Shown one piece after another: positions 27,705-38,014 of a DNA stretch of 64,000 nucleotides. Position 1 is the stretch's first letter. The number at the start of each line of letters is the position of its first letter. Made by a program: the position numbers and the translations under genes. The notes beneath the pieces are model-generated. The model made no database searches. It saw nothing but the letters and a program-made list of their open reading frames with translations, and was not told the origin of the DNA. This DNA is from a virus, in the IMG/VR virus record IMGVR_UViG_3300045135_001635; one strand, written 5' to 3'.

Positions 27705-28613
27705 CTATAAGTAAATATCTTGATCGAAAGTTGGTAAATTTGCGTTCGTCTCATCTATTGTCGCCGGAGTATTTAAATCCGCGAGGTCATAAATTGTTAA
27801 GTAACCTTGGGCAATTAAACTTTCGAATGTTTCTGACGAATAATCACTCAACAAAGGTATAGAACTTATATTTAGTCCTGTATCAGTCAAGTCCGTTTCT
27901 GTTAATACTGTTAAAGTCCAATTTGAAGATACTTTAGATAAAACCGTATTTTCTAACGGTAATGGATAATTTATTTCTAAAGGATCGATTGTTTCTCCAA
28001 CACTTACGCCCATTGAAGCTTCACTTTGAGTTACAACGTCCGCAGATAAGTAGAATCCTGCTGGGTGTACGAACTTACGATATAGCGCTTCATAGTCTGA
28101 GAAAGAAAGACCAGTCTTAATATTGACAGAGAATATTTGATATCTTCTATTATCGGTAATGTATTTAAGACTTTCGGTTCCAATCTTAGAATCATTTAAA
28201 ATAAAGACATTATTCTTTGGGTAGGATATCTCAACGTCTTCAGCAAAGAATGATTTAAAGAATTGCTCAACAGATATTTGAGTACCCTTCGCGCGATAGA
28301 AGTCAGAAATTAACTTAACCATCAAGCGAGGGTTTTGCGCGAACGAGTTAGTTTTTAATCCTTCGCCAACTTCAGATAATATTAGATCCAATGTTTCTAA
28401 ATTAGTAGAGGTTATGTCGCGGATATCAAATAACGTTTTAATTTGGTGTTCAAACGATCCAGGATTACTTTCACCAGCATATTCATAATATGTTTCTAAG
28501 AATGATACAAGATTCGGATACATTTCTACCATTGCTTCAGGTAACAGTTGAGTTACCTGATTGGAATGAAATCTTGTTTTTAATCGAGGACTATTTAAAC
28601 GAACATTTAACAT
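27705..28613 (-). CDS. gp7: Baseplate wedge protein, short gp7-like
   Basis: FLETYYEY, FYRAKGT..S, ISYPK and HPAGF motifs; follows gp6. Confidence 0.7.
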   Translation of the reverse strand: MLNVRLNSPRLKTRFHSNQVTQLLPEAMVEMYPNLVSFLETYYEYAGESNPGSFEHQIKTLFDIRDITSTNLETLDLILSEVGEGLKTNSFAQNPRLMVKLISDFYRAKGTQISVEQFFKSFFAEDVEISYPKNNVFILNDSKIGTESLKYITDNRRYQIFSVNIKTGLSFSDYEALYRKFVHPAGFYLSADVVTQSEASMGVSVGETIDPLEINYPLPLENTVLSKVSSNWTLTVLTETDLTDTGLNISSIPLLSDYSSETFESLIAQGYLTIYDLADLNTPATIDETNANLPTFDQDIYL

Positions 28614-30430
28614 TATAAGGTCACCTTGGCCATATCGGTTTCTACAACACTTTGTACGCTGAGTAACGGTTCATTAAGAGTGATTATATAATTACGTAAT
28701 GGTCTAATCGTACTTGTGTTAGCAGGTTTTGCCGTAATTTTTAAAGAAGTTAAATTATCAACAGTAAAGCTATTCAAAATGACTAATCCATTCGCTGGAT
28801 CATATGAACCTATATTTAAGAGTTTAACTTCATCATTTGTATCTAGTAGTTGTAATCTAGTTGAACCTAATTCGTTTCTAATATAACAATTTTGCCCCTT
28901 ATATACAAACGACGAAGAAGTAATAATATGATCGTCTTTATCAGGAGAAGCTAATGTGAACGGGAATGATACGCTATAATCTTTATCTTGATTAGGAATA
29001 ACGTCCGTTATTTCTTGTTGGGCAAATACGTTTATCTGAGAATTTAAAATAGACGTAGATATAGAATCAATCTTATTTAATAATGAAGACCTACGGAAAG
29101 AAGCGTCAAATTTATTTAATTCTTTATTAAAGTGATTAATTATAACATTTTGTACAGACGTTTGTAGTGACGCTGTTGAAGATCTACTCTTAGTTGTATC
29201 TACATTAAATGTAGCCTGTAATATCAACGACGTGATTTCAGGTTCTACGAATATCGTTTCAATTGACATTATAGCTAAGTTTGAAGTTAACTCGTCTGCG
29301 ATAGATTGCTTAATAATACCTTGAGTGTAAGAATCCATTCCGTCTTTAAATTGAAGACTTACAAAAACTTTACCTAATTGAGCCGGAACATTCTCATTAC
29401 CACCCCAAGCAATCACACCATCTAAGTACGAACCATAATTATTAAATATAACAGACTCATAATCATTCGCAGTAACTAATCGTTGTTGAGTTGTATAAAG
29501 TCTTGGCGCGTTAATTTTAATAGATTCAAGAGATTCTTTTTCATCACCACCAGCAGACTCAGCTACTGTTGAAACTAAAACAGGATACGTGTTTCCGTTG
29601 AAACTGATATTACGTGTAGCAAAGGCGAATCCACCGTTAGCATCAGAACCAACAGTCGTCATATAATCAACAACAATCTTATTACCCGCAACTGGAGCCT
29701 TACCTAATGTATTGCCGTCACTAAATTGAAGTTCGTAAGAACCTTGCGAGGTTTCACGAATAAGGTAAATCTGAGATTCGTCATTAATAGTACGAACGTT
29801 GTCGATATGATTATAGACAGTAAATTCGGTGGTATTGAAATCGTTATATACTGAAACGCGAATTGTAGTTGTGTCTATATTAGTATCAGGAATAACAAAT
29901 ACTGGGTTGTCGCTATTATCACCAACAGCAAAAGTCTTTCTTTTAACAGTACCTTCTTTTAAAGTGATGTTAGGACTTCCTGCTGAGTTTTTAAACGTAT
30001 ATACACCATTTTCATTAGTAGCTGTATAGCTCTCTATTGTTTTGAATGAATAAGCAACTTCATCAACATCAACTAAAAATTCAGTATAAGGGTTTAAAAC
30101 CATAACTTCAGGATTAGTTTCACCTTCAAGTTCTGCTACAGTAGCAGTAACTACAGCAGTAGAAGCGGTCGAAGACTTTGGAGTATATCCTAATGACTCA
30201 GCGTGAGCTAATACTGAAGAACGTAATTGCGCCGTACCTAAAAACGATTCGTTGATTGCCATATTAGCGATCAATCCATTTAGGTGAGTGTTATATGATA
30301 GTACGTCTAAAATATTAGATACACCACTTGCTTCGAAATCGTAGTCGTCGAATTCGCCACTCTGTTTTAAAAACGTTTTAAGTTTCGTTTTAATATTGGC
30401 AAAATCTAAATCTGACGTTGAAATAGTCAT
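28613..30430 (-). CDS. gp6: Baseplate wedge subunit
   Basis: LDFANIK..L..FL, FDDYDFEAS, NESFLGTAQLRSSV, QQRLVTANDY. Confidence 0.95.
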   Translation of the reverse strand: MTISTSDLDFANIKTKLKTFLKQSGEFDDYDFEASGVSNILDVLSYNTHLNGLIANMAINESFLGTAQLRSSVLAHAESLGYTPKSSTASTAVVTATVAELEGETNPEVMVLNPYTEFLVDVDEVAYSFKTIESYTATNENGVYTFKNSAGSPNITLKEGTVKRKTFAVGDNSDNPVFVIPDTNIDTTTIRVSVYNDFNTTEFTVYNHIDNVRTINDESQIYLIRETSQGSYELQFSDGNTLGKAPVAGNKIVVDYMTTVGSDANGGFAFATRNISFNGNTYPVLVSTVAESAGGDEKESLESIKINAPRLYTTQQRLVTANDYESVIFNNYGSYLDGVIAWGGNENVPAQLGKVFVSLQFKDGMDSYTQGIIKQSIADELTSNLAIMSIETIFVEPEITSLILQATFNVDTTKSRSSTASLQTSVQNVIINHFNKELNKFDASFRRSSLLNKIDSISTSILNSQINVFAQQEITDVIPNQDKDYSVSFPFTLASPDKDDHIITSSSFVYKGQNCYIRNELGSTRLQLLDTNDEVKLLNIGSYDPANGLVILNSFTVDNLTSLKITAKPANTSTIRPLRNYIITLNEPLLSVQSVVETDMAKVTL

Positions 30431-30870
30431 TATCTGTTCCTCGATATAGTAACTGTCACTGAAGTTGTTTCTAATGTATTAATAACTTGAAATTCAACAG
30501 TAACTTCTGCCGAATAATAATCAGTGGAGAAATTTGTCTCGACACTGAGAACCCTAGCTCTTGGTTCATTGTTTTTTATAGTGTTAACTACGTAATTGGC
30601 GACGTCGCCCTCATCAACTTCAGTTGAAAGAGAGAAAATTAAGTCGTATAAACCAGAACCGTAATATGGATTAAATGGCTTCTCACCTCGACGAGTGAGT
30701 AACAAATTCTTAACGGCTTGCTTTACAGCAGCTGCGTCAGTCTTTTTGTATATATCGCCAGAAAGTTTTGCTTCAAACGAACAGTCAATATCGCTGTATG
30801 ATCTTGATACAGTTGTGGTGATTGGTCTGTTCGAAAGATTACCATCTTCGTTTGCGAATACTTTAGCCAT
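30430..30870 (-). CDS. gp25: Baseplate wedge subunit
   Basis: YSDID, AVKQAVKNLLLT..GEKPFNP.YG, NNEPRA. Confidence 0.95.
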   Translation of the reverse strand: MAKVFANEDGNLSNRPITTTVSRSYSDIDCSFEAKLSGDIYKKTDAAAVKQAVKNLLLTRRGEKPFNPYYGSGLYDLIFSLSTEVDEGDVANYVVNTIKNNEPRARVLSVETNFSTDYYSAEVTVEFQVINTLETTSVTVTISRNR

Positions 30871-30895
30871 TTTGAACCTTAAACTCTTTTCTTTT

Positions 30896-30903
30896 TATTT
30901 ATA
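30896..30903 (-). promoter_or_regulatory. T4-type late promoter TATAAATA
   Basis: Exact consensus upstream of gp25. Confidence 0.8.
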
Positions 30904-32203
30904 CGGAAAGTTTAAGGTCAAATGACGTTGGAATGCCTAATAGTTTTAAAACATCACAAAAAGTGAGCGTGATAAGGTCAAGTATCTTGGACAAGCCTAT
31001 CTTTTTTAAGAACTTTTTAATCTTCTTAATCCACATAAACAGTAGTTCTTTTTGCCATTGAGCGAACCAGTTCTTTGCTTGTTTGACTAAGTCTGCTATG
31101 AGTTCTTCGCCACACAGAACGTTTTCATCAATCTTCTTACCTAATATCTCAACAAGACTCTTACCGAAGATTGTTACCTTTTCAAGTTGTTCAACGATAT
31201 AACCCGTGACACTGAAGTTTTCTATCTTATCCTTGAGCGCTTCCGCTTTATCTCGTAAGCTATCAATATGACCTTGAATGAATGCTGCTACGTCAAACGA
31301 TAGTATGGCAGGGATGTCAGGTAAGCCCAACGCCTTCCATATCTTTTTAAACTTCTTAATAAGTGCTTCGAATGCTTTAAACATCGCGTTCGTACACCAT
31401 TCCATTATTTCCGTCTTAATATATTGCCAAGTGTACTTTGCTCGCCACTCGTCACATTTAATACCAAACTCGCCATTAAAGAATTGATATGCTTTAGGTA
31501 GTAAAGGGAATATATCTTCAAGCTTGTCGACGATCTCACCTTGAATTCTTTTTTGTTCTTCACGTTCAAATATTTTCAAAACGTTTATGTTAATCCCAAA
31601 TATATTAACATTAAAATCAACAGGGATTAGTTTGGAAATCATATCAAGTATTTTAACTGGAATGAATATGTGAAGTTCTTGGATAAGTTCGTCCCAAGCG
31701 TCTTTGGCTTCTTTCTGCCAATTACGTATCTTACCTTTGGACCAATACGGAGATAGAATATCAGCAATCTTCTCCATCACATCTTCTATCTTTTGAATGA
31801 TACTATTAATTTGTTCAACTACATCATCAGCAAGTTCGCGTCTTGCGTCAATTAGCTTTTGTTTTAACTGAGAAGGAATCTGAGCTATCTTATTAAATTG
31901 CTCTACTATTTCAGCTTTCGTTGGTAGTGTACCGTCACACTCAATCGAGAAGCCTTGTAGATTTATCGCCGAAGCACCTAGTAATCCAAGCAACTCATAT
32001 TCTTTTTTAGATACCGTTGAGAAGTTAGTTGGAGGAATGATTGGCGTGATACTGCCTATTGGATTAGCAATTTCAGGCAAGTCTGTATAAAGCACGCCAG
32101 CAGAAGTAGCGTCTGAGCTAAGTCCAACAGATACTAAATTTTCACCCAAGAATACCTTGTCGATTCGTTGAGAACCAAGATATATCTTCTCAATACCAGC
32201 CAT
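30899..32203 (-). CDS. Hypothetical baseplate/spike-associated protein with amphipathic helical repeats
   Basis: N-terminal IYLG...IDKVFLG motif; helical Lys/Ile/Phe/Trp-rich repeats; lies between gp5 and gp25. Confidence 0.55.
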   Translation of the reverse strand: MAGIEKIYLGSQRIDKVFLGENLVSVGLSSDATSAGVLYTDLPEIANPIGSITPIIPPTNFSTVSKKEYELLGLLGASAINLQGFSIECDGTLPTKAEIVEQFNKIAQIPSQLKQKLIDARRELADDVVEQINSIIQKIEDVMEKIADILSPYWSKGKIRNWQKEAKDAWDELIQELHIFIPVKILDMISKLIPVDFNVNIFGININVLKIFEREEQKRIQGEIVDKLEDIFPLLPKAYQFFNGEFGIKCDEWRAKYTWQYIKTEIMEWCTNAMFKAFEALIKKFKKIWKALGLPDIPAILSFDVAAFIQGHIDSLRDKAEALKDKIENFSVTGYIVEQLEKVTIFGKSLVEILGKKIDENVLCGEELIADLVKQAKNWFAQWQKELLFMWIKKIKKFLKKIGLSKILDLITLTFCDVLKLLGIPTSFDLKLSV

Positions 32204-32398
32204 TTAACTACTCGCTACAGAACCAGAACCTGTTCCACTTGAAATTATAAAATAAAGTGTTTGAGGATCAGGATTATCAATAGATTCATATTCTTCTTCA
32301 GTACCTGTCCATATCATTTTACCTACAGTCAGTTGGTCACCCGAAGGGAAGTTTTGATCTTTTAGCGCATCAGCTATTTGAGCATCTATGTCTAACAT
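32204..32398 (-). CDS. Small tail-associated adaptor
   Basis: WTGTEEEY...DPQTLYFI motif seen in phage minor tail proteins. Confidence 0.55.
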   Translation of the reverse strand: MLDIDAQIADALKDQNFPSGDQLTVGKMIWTGTEEEYESIDNPDPQTLYFIISSGTGSGSVASS

Positions 32399-32406
32399 CT
32401 TATCAC

Positions 32407-33003
32407 CTATGAATTAAGTTTAATTTGTTCACTGCCGTTTACTTCAACAACAGGAGCAGAAACAGATACAGCAACGCTTGCTTCAATGATTACCTTCTTC
32501 GCAGCTTTGATTTTAATATCAGCGTGAGGTGTATCAATTACAATATTGCCGTCTTCATCCATCTCATAATATTGACCCTTACCGTGTTGTTCACGTATAC
32601 GGCGCTTTCCTTCAGTGTCGTCATACTCTTTATAATGACCAAGTTCAGTTTGATAAACTTTGTTGTGTGGATAGTTAGCGTTAGCTTTATCGTTATCATC
32701 ACCCTCTTTCGGTATCGTTCCAATAACCATCGGGAGTTGAGAGTTCTGACCATCAAGGAACATACCAAATACTTGAGAACCTTTTAACAAGCCAAGATAT
32801 TGACCATTTCCTTCGTGAGCACCTTGCGTAATAGGTACAACTATTTGCGCCCAAGGTAAGTCTTTGTCTTCTATTTCATCATACACACCGAACACACGAA
32901 CCTTTGCTCGTCCTAATTTTTTAGGGTCTTGTAAGTCAACAACAACCCCGACAAACCAACGAGTTTGGTCACCATAGAAATTTATAAAACTATTTGGTAT
33001 CAT
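32407..33003 (-). CDS. gp5: Baseplate central spike (OB fold plus short beta-helix, no lysozyme)
   Basis: WFVGVVVD.QDP.KLGRAKVR, DLPWA, VFGMFLDG..SQ.P, YPHNKV.QT..GH..EYDDT. Confidence 0.9.
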   Translation of the reverse strand: MIPNSFINFYGDQTRWFVGVVVDLQDPKKLGRAKVRVFGVYDEIEDKDLPWAQIVVPITQGAHEGNGQYLGLLKGSQVFGMFLDGQNSQLPMVIGTIPKEGDDNDKANANYPHNKVYQTELGHYKEYDDTEGKRRIREQHGKGQYYEMDEDGNIVIDTPHADIKIKAAKKVIIEASVAVSVSAPVVEVNGSEQIKLNS

Positions 33004-34322
33004 ACTTCACCATTAGATAATTTAACGCCAGTAAAAGATATATCATACCCCTCACGACGGAATGCGTGCTTCGCGGTTAATAATAAGAAATGACCAGACT
33101 TCTTTGAATCAAGTCGGTTATCGCTCGCGCCTTGGTCTACTATGTTACGTAAAAATCTAATATCTAATTTATTACCAATTGTATTATTACCTTCATTTTG
33201 TAAGAAGTCAATACCGTTTACTCGAATCTTAATAGGTTGTTTCATTAACAGTCCATACATTGCTCGACTAATAGAATTTAATTTATACATTCCTTTAGTA
33301 TCATTCTCAGATAATGTCTTTTGTTTTTCAAACGCGTCAGTTCCCCCTATTTGAGATATGACTCGACTTTGTATATTGTTAAATGATTTTCCATTTAGGT
33401 TATACTGACTCGAAAATAGAGGTGACTTTTTAACTTCGCCGTCATTCTGAAACGTTTTAATAACATCTTTAGCTAAATCAAAATCAATAGACTTAATCTC
33501 ATTCTTAGTTATATCAATGTAATTATGACGAGCGCCAACAGCACCCTTCCCTATAAGTTCAAATAAATTTTCTGTATTATTATAGTCATAATGTAAAATA
33601 GTTCTACGTCTTGGTTTATCAGAATAATTATCATCAACACTTGGTATAGTAGATTCAGTGTAAGTATATGGTTCACCTACATTAGAAGCTGGTCTTTCCA
33701 TCATAGTCTTTAAGTCTGCGAATAATAATTCATCTTGACCAAACGTAGAGAACAAATAAAACGGATATCCTTTAGAAGTGGTTGCCTTATTTTTAATCCA
33801 AGACATAGCATTCAATGGAGTTAAGTTAGGCACTATTACTTTAAAATCTTGAGTATCTTTTGATGATGTCAATATAGTTTTGTTTAGATAACCTTTAGAA
33901 ATCTTATTAATGATGTCAGTAGGACTTCCGCTATACGACTTATTAACATTGAATAGGTTAGACTTATATGCTACATCTTCTATTAAATGTAAGACGATAG
34001 CATTACCTGCTGTAGAGCCTTTACCTGTCGTGATAATCTTAGTAATATAAAATGTCTTTTTAACAGAGACGGCAATTTGACTATTTACTCGAACTTTAAT
34101 GTCAACAGTTTCCGCACCACTAATATCTAAACCGCCAACAACATCTTCGGTATCTAAAAACGAAATCAACCCAGTCAAATAAGGCTTGTCAAGATGCTCG
34201 AAAATATCCAAGTCAGTTACACTATTGGCTATGTCAACGCGCACTGAGTTTCTGTCTGAACGAATTACAACTGATTCGAACGCTATAGCTGATTGTTTTT
34301 CTAATGCCGAAGGGTTAATCAT
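33000..34322 (-). CDS. Baseplate hub protein, gp27-like
   Basis: Position between gp53 and gp5; IFEHLDKPYLTG, VPNLTP..A..W, SGHFLL...KH motifs. Confidence 0.7.
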   Translation of the reverse strand: MINPSALEKQSAIAFESVVIRSDRNSVRVDIANSVTDLDIFEHLDKPYLTGLISFLDTEDVVGGLDISGAETVDIKVRVNSQIAVSVKKTFYITKIITTGKGSTAGNAIVLHLIEDVAYKSNLFNVNKSYSGSPTDIINKISKGYLNKTILTSSKDTQDFKVIVPNLTPLNAMSWIKNKATTSKGYPFYLFSTFGQDELLFADLKTMMERPASNVGEPYTYTESTIPSVDDNYSDKPRRRTILHYDYNNTENLFELIGKGAVGARHNYIDITKNEIKSIDFDLAKDVIKTFQNDGEVKKSPLFSSQYNLNGKSFNNIQSRVISQIGGTDAFEKQKTLSENDTKGMYKLNSISRAMYGLLMKQPIKIRVNGIDFLQNEGNNTIGNKLDIRFLRNIVDQGASDNRLDSKKSGHFLLLTAKHAFRREGYDISFTGVKLSNGEV

Positions 34323-35038
34323 TATTCTTTCACCGCATCTCTAAATGCCAATACCACTTGGTTCACTATGTCAGGACGTAATACTGTAATTTGTCGTTGT
34401 TTATCGTTCTGACTAATATAATAATCTTGTTGAGAAACTTCGGTAACAAATTGACCGTCAGGTGTAAATTGGTCATAATCAATTTCTTCGCCGTCAGCAT
34501 TTAAGTGAAGTCTTGGGGCGAGATGTTCTGGCGTCGCGCTTAATATAGTGATTGTTTTATCAGTACCGATTTCTCCAACTAACTCGTTGGCTATAAATGA
34601 ACCAGTAACATCTTCCAATACTACGTGACCAAGATTTAGATCCCTAAATGCTACCGTACCTTCGGCACCACTAATATTACCACGAACCTGAGTACCCACT
34701 TTGAATTTATCGAATATCTCGTCAGTTGTTCTTAAAACGAGTCCTGGATAATCAGTTTTAACTTTCTCTATTACATCAAGATTTTTCATTGGCCAACCTA
34801 AATCGCGAATAGAATCATTCAATAAGTATAACGTCCAATGTAGTTCGGCGTTCTTATATAATTTAAATGCTACTTGGTCAGGTCTTTCGCCATCCATAAT
34901 ATAATAAGAGGAATAGTACGATCCATTGTTTTTAATTTCATCTATGACTTCTGCGTAAACAGTCAAGTCTTTCATCGCAGCAACATTTCCGTCGCCAAAT
35001 GAATAAAGAACCTTTGGGAAATTCTTAAAGTAAGCCAT
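34322..35038 (-). CDS. gp53: Baseplate wedge subunit
   Basis: MAYFKNFP, DGERPDQVA..LY....LHW.L.L.N, GWP. Confidence 0.9.
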   Translation of the reverse strand: MAYFKNFPKVLYSFGDGNVAAMKDLTVYAEVIDEIKNNGSYYSSYYIMDGERPDQVAFKLYKNAELHWTLYLLNDSIRDLGWPMKNLDVIEKVKTDYPGLVLRTTDEIFDKFKVGTQVRGNISGAEGTVAFRDLNLGHVVLEDVTGSFIANELVGEIGTDKTITILSATPEHLAPRLHLNADGEEIDYDQFTPDGQFVTEVSQQDYYISQNDKQRQITVLRPDIVNQVVLAFRDAVKE

Positions 35039-36177
35039 TATAAACTACCTTCTGAATATTGTTCTAGAATCGCAGCACGATCTAATGTTTTCTCTTCAAC
35101 AAAGTTAAGTGTTAAATCTATCTCAGCAGGAGTTCCGTCTTTATGGAAAGTCATAGTAGATGGGTTATATGTAGTTGAGATACCCTTCAAGAAGCACTTC
35201 TGAAACTTCTGACCAACCGTTACATCTCTTCCATCAGGCGTTTTATATTTAACAATAATGTCAAATAAATCAGGAAATTTAAATCCGTAATCAATACCAC
35301 CAGCTGTAATACTTTCTGGATAAGCTGCGATTCTAAAACGTTTAATTATATCTTCTACGACTTTAGATTCTTCTTTTGATTTAGGGATAAATTTGAATGT
35401 AAATGAGAACTCTCTAATAGCGACACCTTTAAATGCTGCTCGAGTATTTGGGTTCATCGTAACTGCGCCAGCAATAGAGATACCTTCTGCGATTTCTGGA
35501 GAAGCTTTATTTGCTAATCTAATTGCTCCGAGGGTGGTCGCATCTGCGCCTGTTGTATTACCTGTAACCGTATCAACTAAGCTTGTAATGCCTTTACTAA
35601 ACGCGTCAACTCCTGCTCTTAAAGCGCCTTCGCCAGAACCTACTGCGCCGAATGTTAATGCGCCAGTCATACCCAAATTAGGGGTATCGTAATTCAAGCC
35701 GTCATTGAAGGTTAGTGCTGTAGGTAAAAATAATTTAACACTACCACCCTTTATTTTAACGTCTCTTTTCGTAAGTACGGTCGGAACTTCATCAGATTCA
35801 AGTACACTTTTATACAAATTATCAGCGCCTTGCGCTACAGACTCGGCAGTAACCTTACCGTCCCAAACATCAACAGAAAAATCACCGATAGCGCTCACAC
35901 CATTAAGAAAACCTTGTAATGGATTAAAGCCCTCGAATAAAGAACCAACACCCTGTGTTTGTGCTTTCTCTAAACCATCGGATAAACCTCCTGCGACGGT
36001 TTCGGAAACAGATTCAGAAACTGTAGGTGGCGTTATTTCATATGGTTGAAAAGTTATAGACGCAGAGTATCTGTCTTCGTGTTCAATTGGGTACACTAAA
36101 CTTTGATTATTTTTCTTATCTTCTTCCATTAAATCACTAACGGTTTTTCCTTTAGTAATTTGTATCTTTTCTGCCAT
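35038..36177 (-). CDS. gp48: Baseplate tail-tube cap (true start probably MAEKIQ at 36177)
   Basis: LFLP, NPNTRAAFKGV..REFSFTFKFIPKSKEES, FPD.F, EIDLTLNFVE; a late promoter lies inside the longer ORF extension. Confidence 0.9.
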   Translation of the reverse strand: MAEKIQITKGKTVSDLMEEDKKNNQSLVYPIEHEDRYSASITFQPYEITPPTVSESVSETVAGGLSDGLEKAQTQGVGSLFEGFNPLQGFLNGVSAIGDFSVDVWDGKVTAESVAQGADNLYKSVLESDEVPTVLTKRDVKIKGGSVKLFLPTALTFNDGLNYDTPNLGMTGALTFGAVGSGEGALRAGVDAFSKGITSLVDTVTGNTTGADATTLGAIRLANKASPEIAEGISIAGAVTMNPNTRAAFKGVAIREFSFTFKFIPKSKEESKVVEDIIKRFRIAAYPESITAGGIDYGFKFPDLFDIIVKYKTPDGRDVTVGQKFQKCFLKGISTTYNPSTMTFHKDGTPAEIDLTLNFVEEKTLDRAAILEQYSEGSL

Positions 36178-36189
36178 CAGAGTTCTCGC

Positions 36190-36214
36190 TATAAATACAT
36201 TGTAACTATTTATA
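36190..36214. promoter_or_regulatory. Pair of opposed late promoters (TATAAATA + at 36190-36197, - at 36207-36214)
   Basis: Both exact consensus; they serve gp4 (+) and gp48 (-). Confidence 0.85.
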
Positions 36215-36227
36215 ACTAAAAGAATAA

Positions 36228-36743
36228 ATGAAAACATATAAAGGTAGATACAAACCAAAGAACCCTAAAAAGTATGCTGGCGATCCTGATAATGTCGTTT
36301 ATCGCTCAATGTGGGAACGACACGTTATGCGTTGGTGTGATGATAATGTAAACGTTGCTCAGTGGGTATCTGAAGAAGTGGTCATTCCTTATATTTGTGG
36401 AACCGATAACCGACCGCATCGCTACTTTATGGACTTTGCGATTCAATTCACCGACGGTAAAAAGATATTGGTCGAAGTCAAACCATTCAAAGAGACTAAG
36501 AAGCCAGAAAAGAAACAAGGTAAGACTCGAAAAACATTACTCAACGAGAGTATGACGTATGTCAAGAACCAATCTAAATGGAGTGCTGCGAGAGAGTATG
36601 CGCTTGACCGTGGTTGGCATTTTGAGATATGGACGGAGAAGGAGTTGACGGCGATGGGGATCATGCCTAAGTCGACACGTAAACCGTTTGCTAAGAAGCC
36701 ACTTAAAAAACTCCCACCATTCCGTAAAAAGAAAGCTAAATAG
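36228..36743 (+). CDS. gp4: Head completion nuclease
   Basis: YKGRYKPKNPKKYAGD..VVYRS.WER, SEEVVIPY, HRYF.DF, VEVKP, NQSKW.AA. Confidence 0.95.
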   Translation: MKTYKGRYKPKNPKKYAGDPDNVVYRSMWERHVMRWCDDNVNVAQWVSEEVVIPYICGTDNRPHRYFMDFAIQFTDGKKILVEVKPFKETKKPEKKQGKTRKTLLNESMTYVKNQSKWSAAREYALDRGWHFEIWTEKELTAMGIMPKSTRKPFAKKPLKKLPPFRKKKAK

Positions 36744-36769
36744 TATTATAGTTTTTAACGGAGACCCAA

Positions 36770-37360
36770 GTGTCTAACATATTTCAGAAATTAGAGATTG
36801 AAGCATTTCGCGCAGGTATTACACCTCGCACGAAAGAGTCGCGTAAGTGGTTCATGAATAAAATCAAGAACATGCGTAACATCAACCGCGAATCTTTGAT
36901 GAAGGCTGAACCGTTAAAACAAAAGAATGATGGCGTGGTTGGTAACATGTATATGTTTCAGTATGATCCGAAGCATAAAGAAACGTTGCCATACTACGAT
37001 ACATTCCCATTAGTAGTTGTGATCGGACCAGCCAAAGGCGGATTCCTTGGTCTCAACCTTCATTACCTTCCTCCTCAATTACGAGCGAAGTTACTTGATG
37101 GACTAATGGATATTACATCTGACAAAAGATATAATGACTCTACTCGCTTCAAGGCTTCGTACGAGTTATTAGCAAGGTCAGCAAAATTAAAATACTTTAA
37201 ACCTTGTTTGAAGCATTACTTGAACGAGCAAGTACAAAGTAATTTCGCTTTAGTACCTGCGCCTGAGTGGGAGATAGCAACATTTCTTCCGACGGCAGAC
37301 TTCCGTAAAGCTAACAACTTCAAGGTATACTCTGACTCTAAGGCAATGATCAATGGCTAG
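36770..37360 (+). CDS. gp2: DNA end protector
   Basis: YDPKHKETLPYYDTFPL, GLNLHYLPP.LR, KPCLKHYL. Confidence 0.95.
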   Translation: MSNIFQKLEIEAFRAGITPRTKESRKWFMNKIKNMRNINRESLMKAEPLKQKNDGVVGNMYMFQYDPKHKETLPYYDTFPLVVVIGPAKGGFLGLNLHYLPPQLRAKLLDGLMDITSDKRYNDSTRFKASYELLARSAKLKYFKPCLKHYLNEQVQSNFALVPAPEWEIATFLPTADFRKANNFKVYSDSKAMING

Positions 37361-37997
37361 TATAGAACAATTAAAAAGTCAAATGAATAAGACAGCTGGT
37401 ATCGCATTGACGAACCAGTTTGCTGTTCAATTACCAACGATTGATGGTTACGAAGCCAGATCATTGAACTTATTATGTAAGAACGTTACATTACCAGGAA
37501 AGCAGATCACAACAAAAGATAGAATGATTGGTTTGTTCAATGAGAAGATTGTTGATGGATTCATTGTCGAAGATGTTTCCATGACATTCTATGTACTAAA
37601 CGACTATCACACCAAGTTATATTTTGATGCTTGGAAATCATTAATGGTTGATGAGAAAACTGGTGCTGTCGGGTATAAGAAAGATTATCAAAAGAGAATT
37701 ACAATCCATCAGTTAAAGAAGCCAGACGGTTCTGGTGTGCTTGGTAAAGAGTATAGTGCTGATTTAAATATCGGCGGTATCTTTAGTGCTGGCATAGATT
37801 TTTACGCGAACTCTATATATTCAGTCGATCTACTTGATGCGTTCCCAACAAGTTTATCAGCTATAGAGCTTACGAATGACCCTGATGGATTGGTCGAGAT
37901 GACTGTACAATTCTCTTATACTAATTGGGAAGTGAAGCAAGACTTATTATCGAAACTGAATCGCGGTATCAAATTTGATATCGGAAACATTATTTAA
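37353..37997 (+). CDS. gp54: Baseplate tail-tube initiator (gp54/gp19-like)
   Basis: LLC..VTLPG, MTFY, YFDAW, DAFP, MTVQFSY..W; synteny gp2-gp54-gp26. Confidence 0.75.
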   Translation: MASIEQLKSQMNKTAGIALTNQFAVQLPTIDGYEARSLNLLCKNVTLPGKQITTKDRMIGLFNEKIVDGFIVEDVSMTFYVLNDYHTKLYFDAWKSLMVDEKTGAVGYKKDYQKRITIHQLKKPDGSGVLGKEYSADLNIGGIFSAGIDFYANSIYSVDLLDAFPTSLSAIELTNDPDGLVEMTVQFSYTNWEVKQDLLSKLNRGIKFDIGNII

Positions 37998-38014
37998 ATT
38001 ATAAAGGATATACA

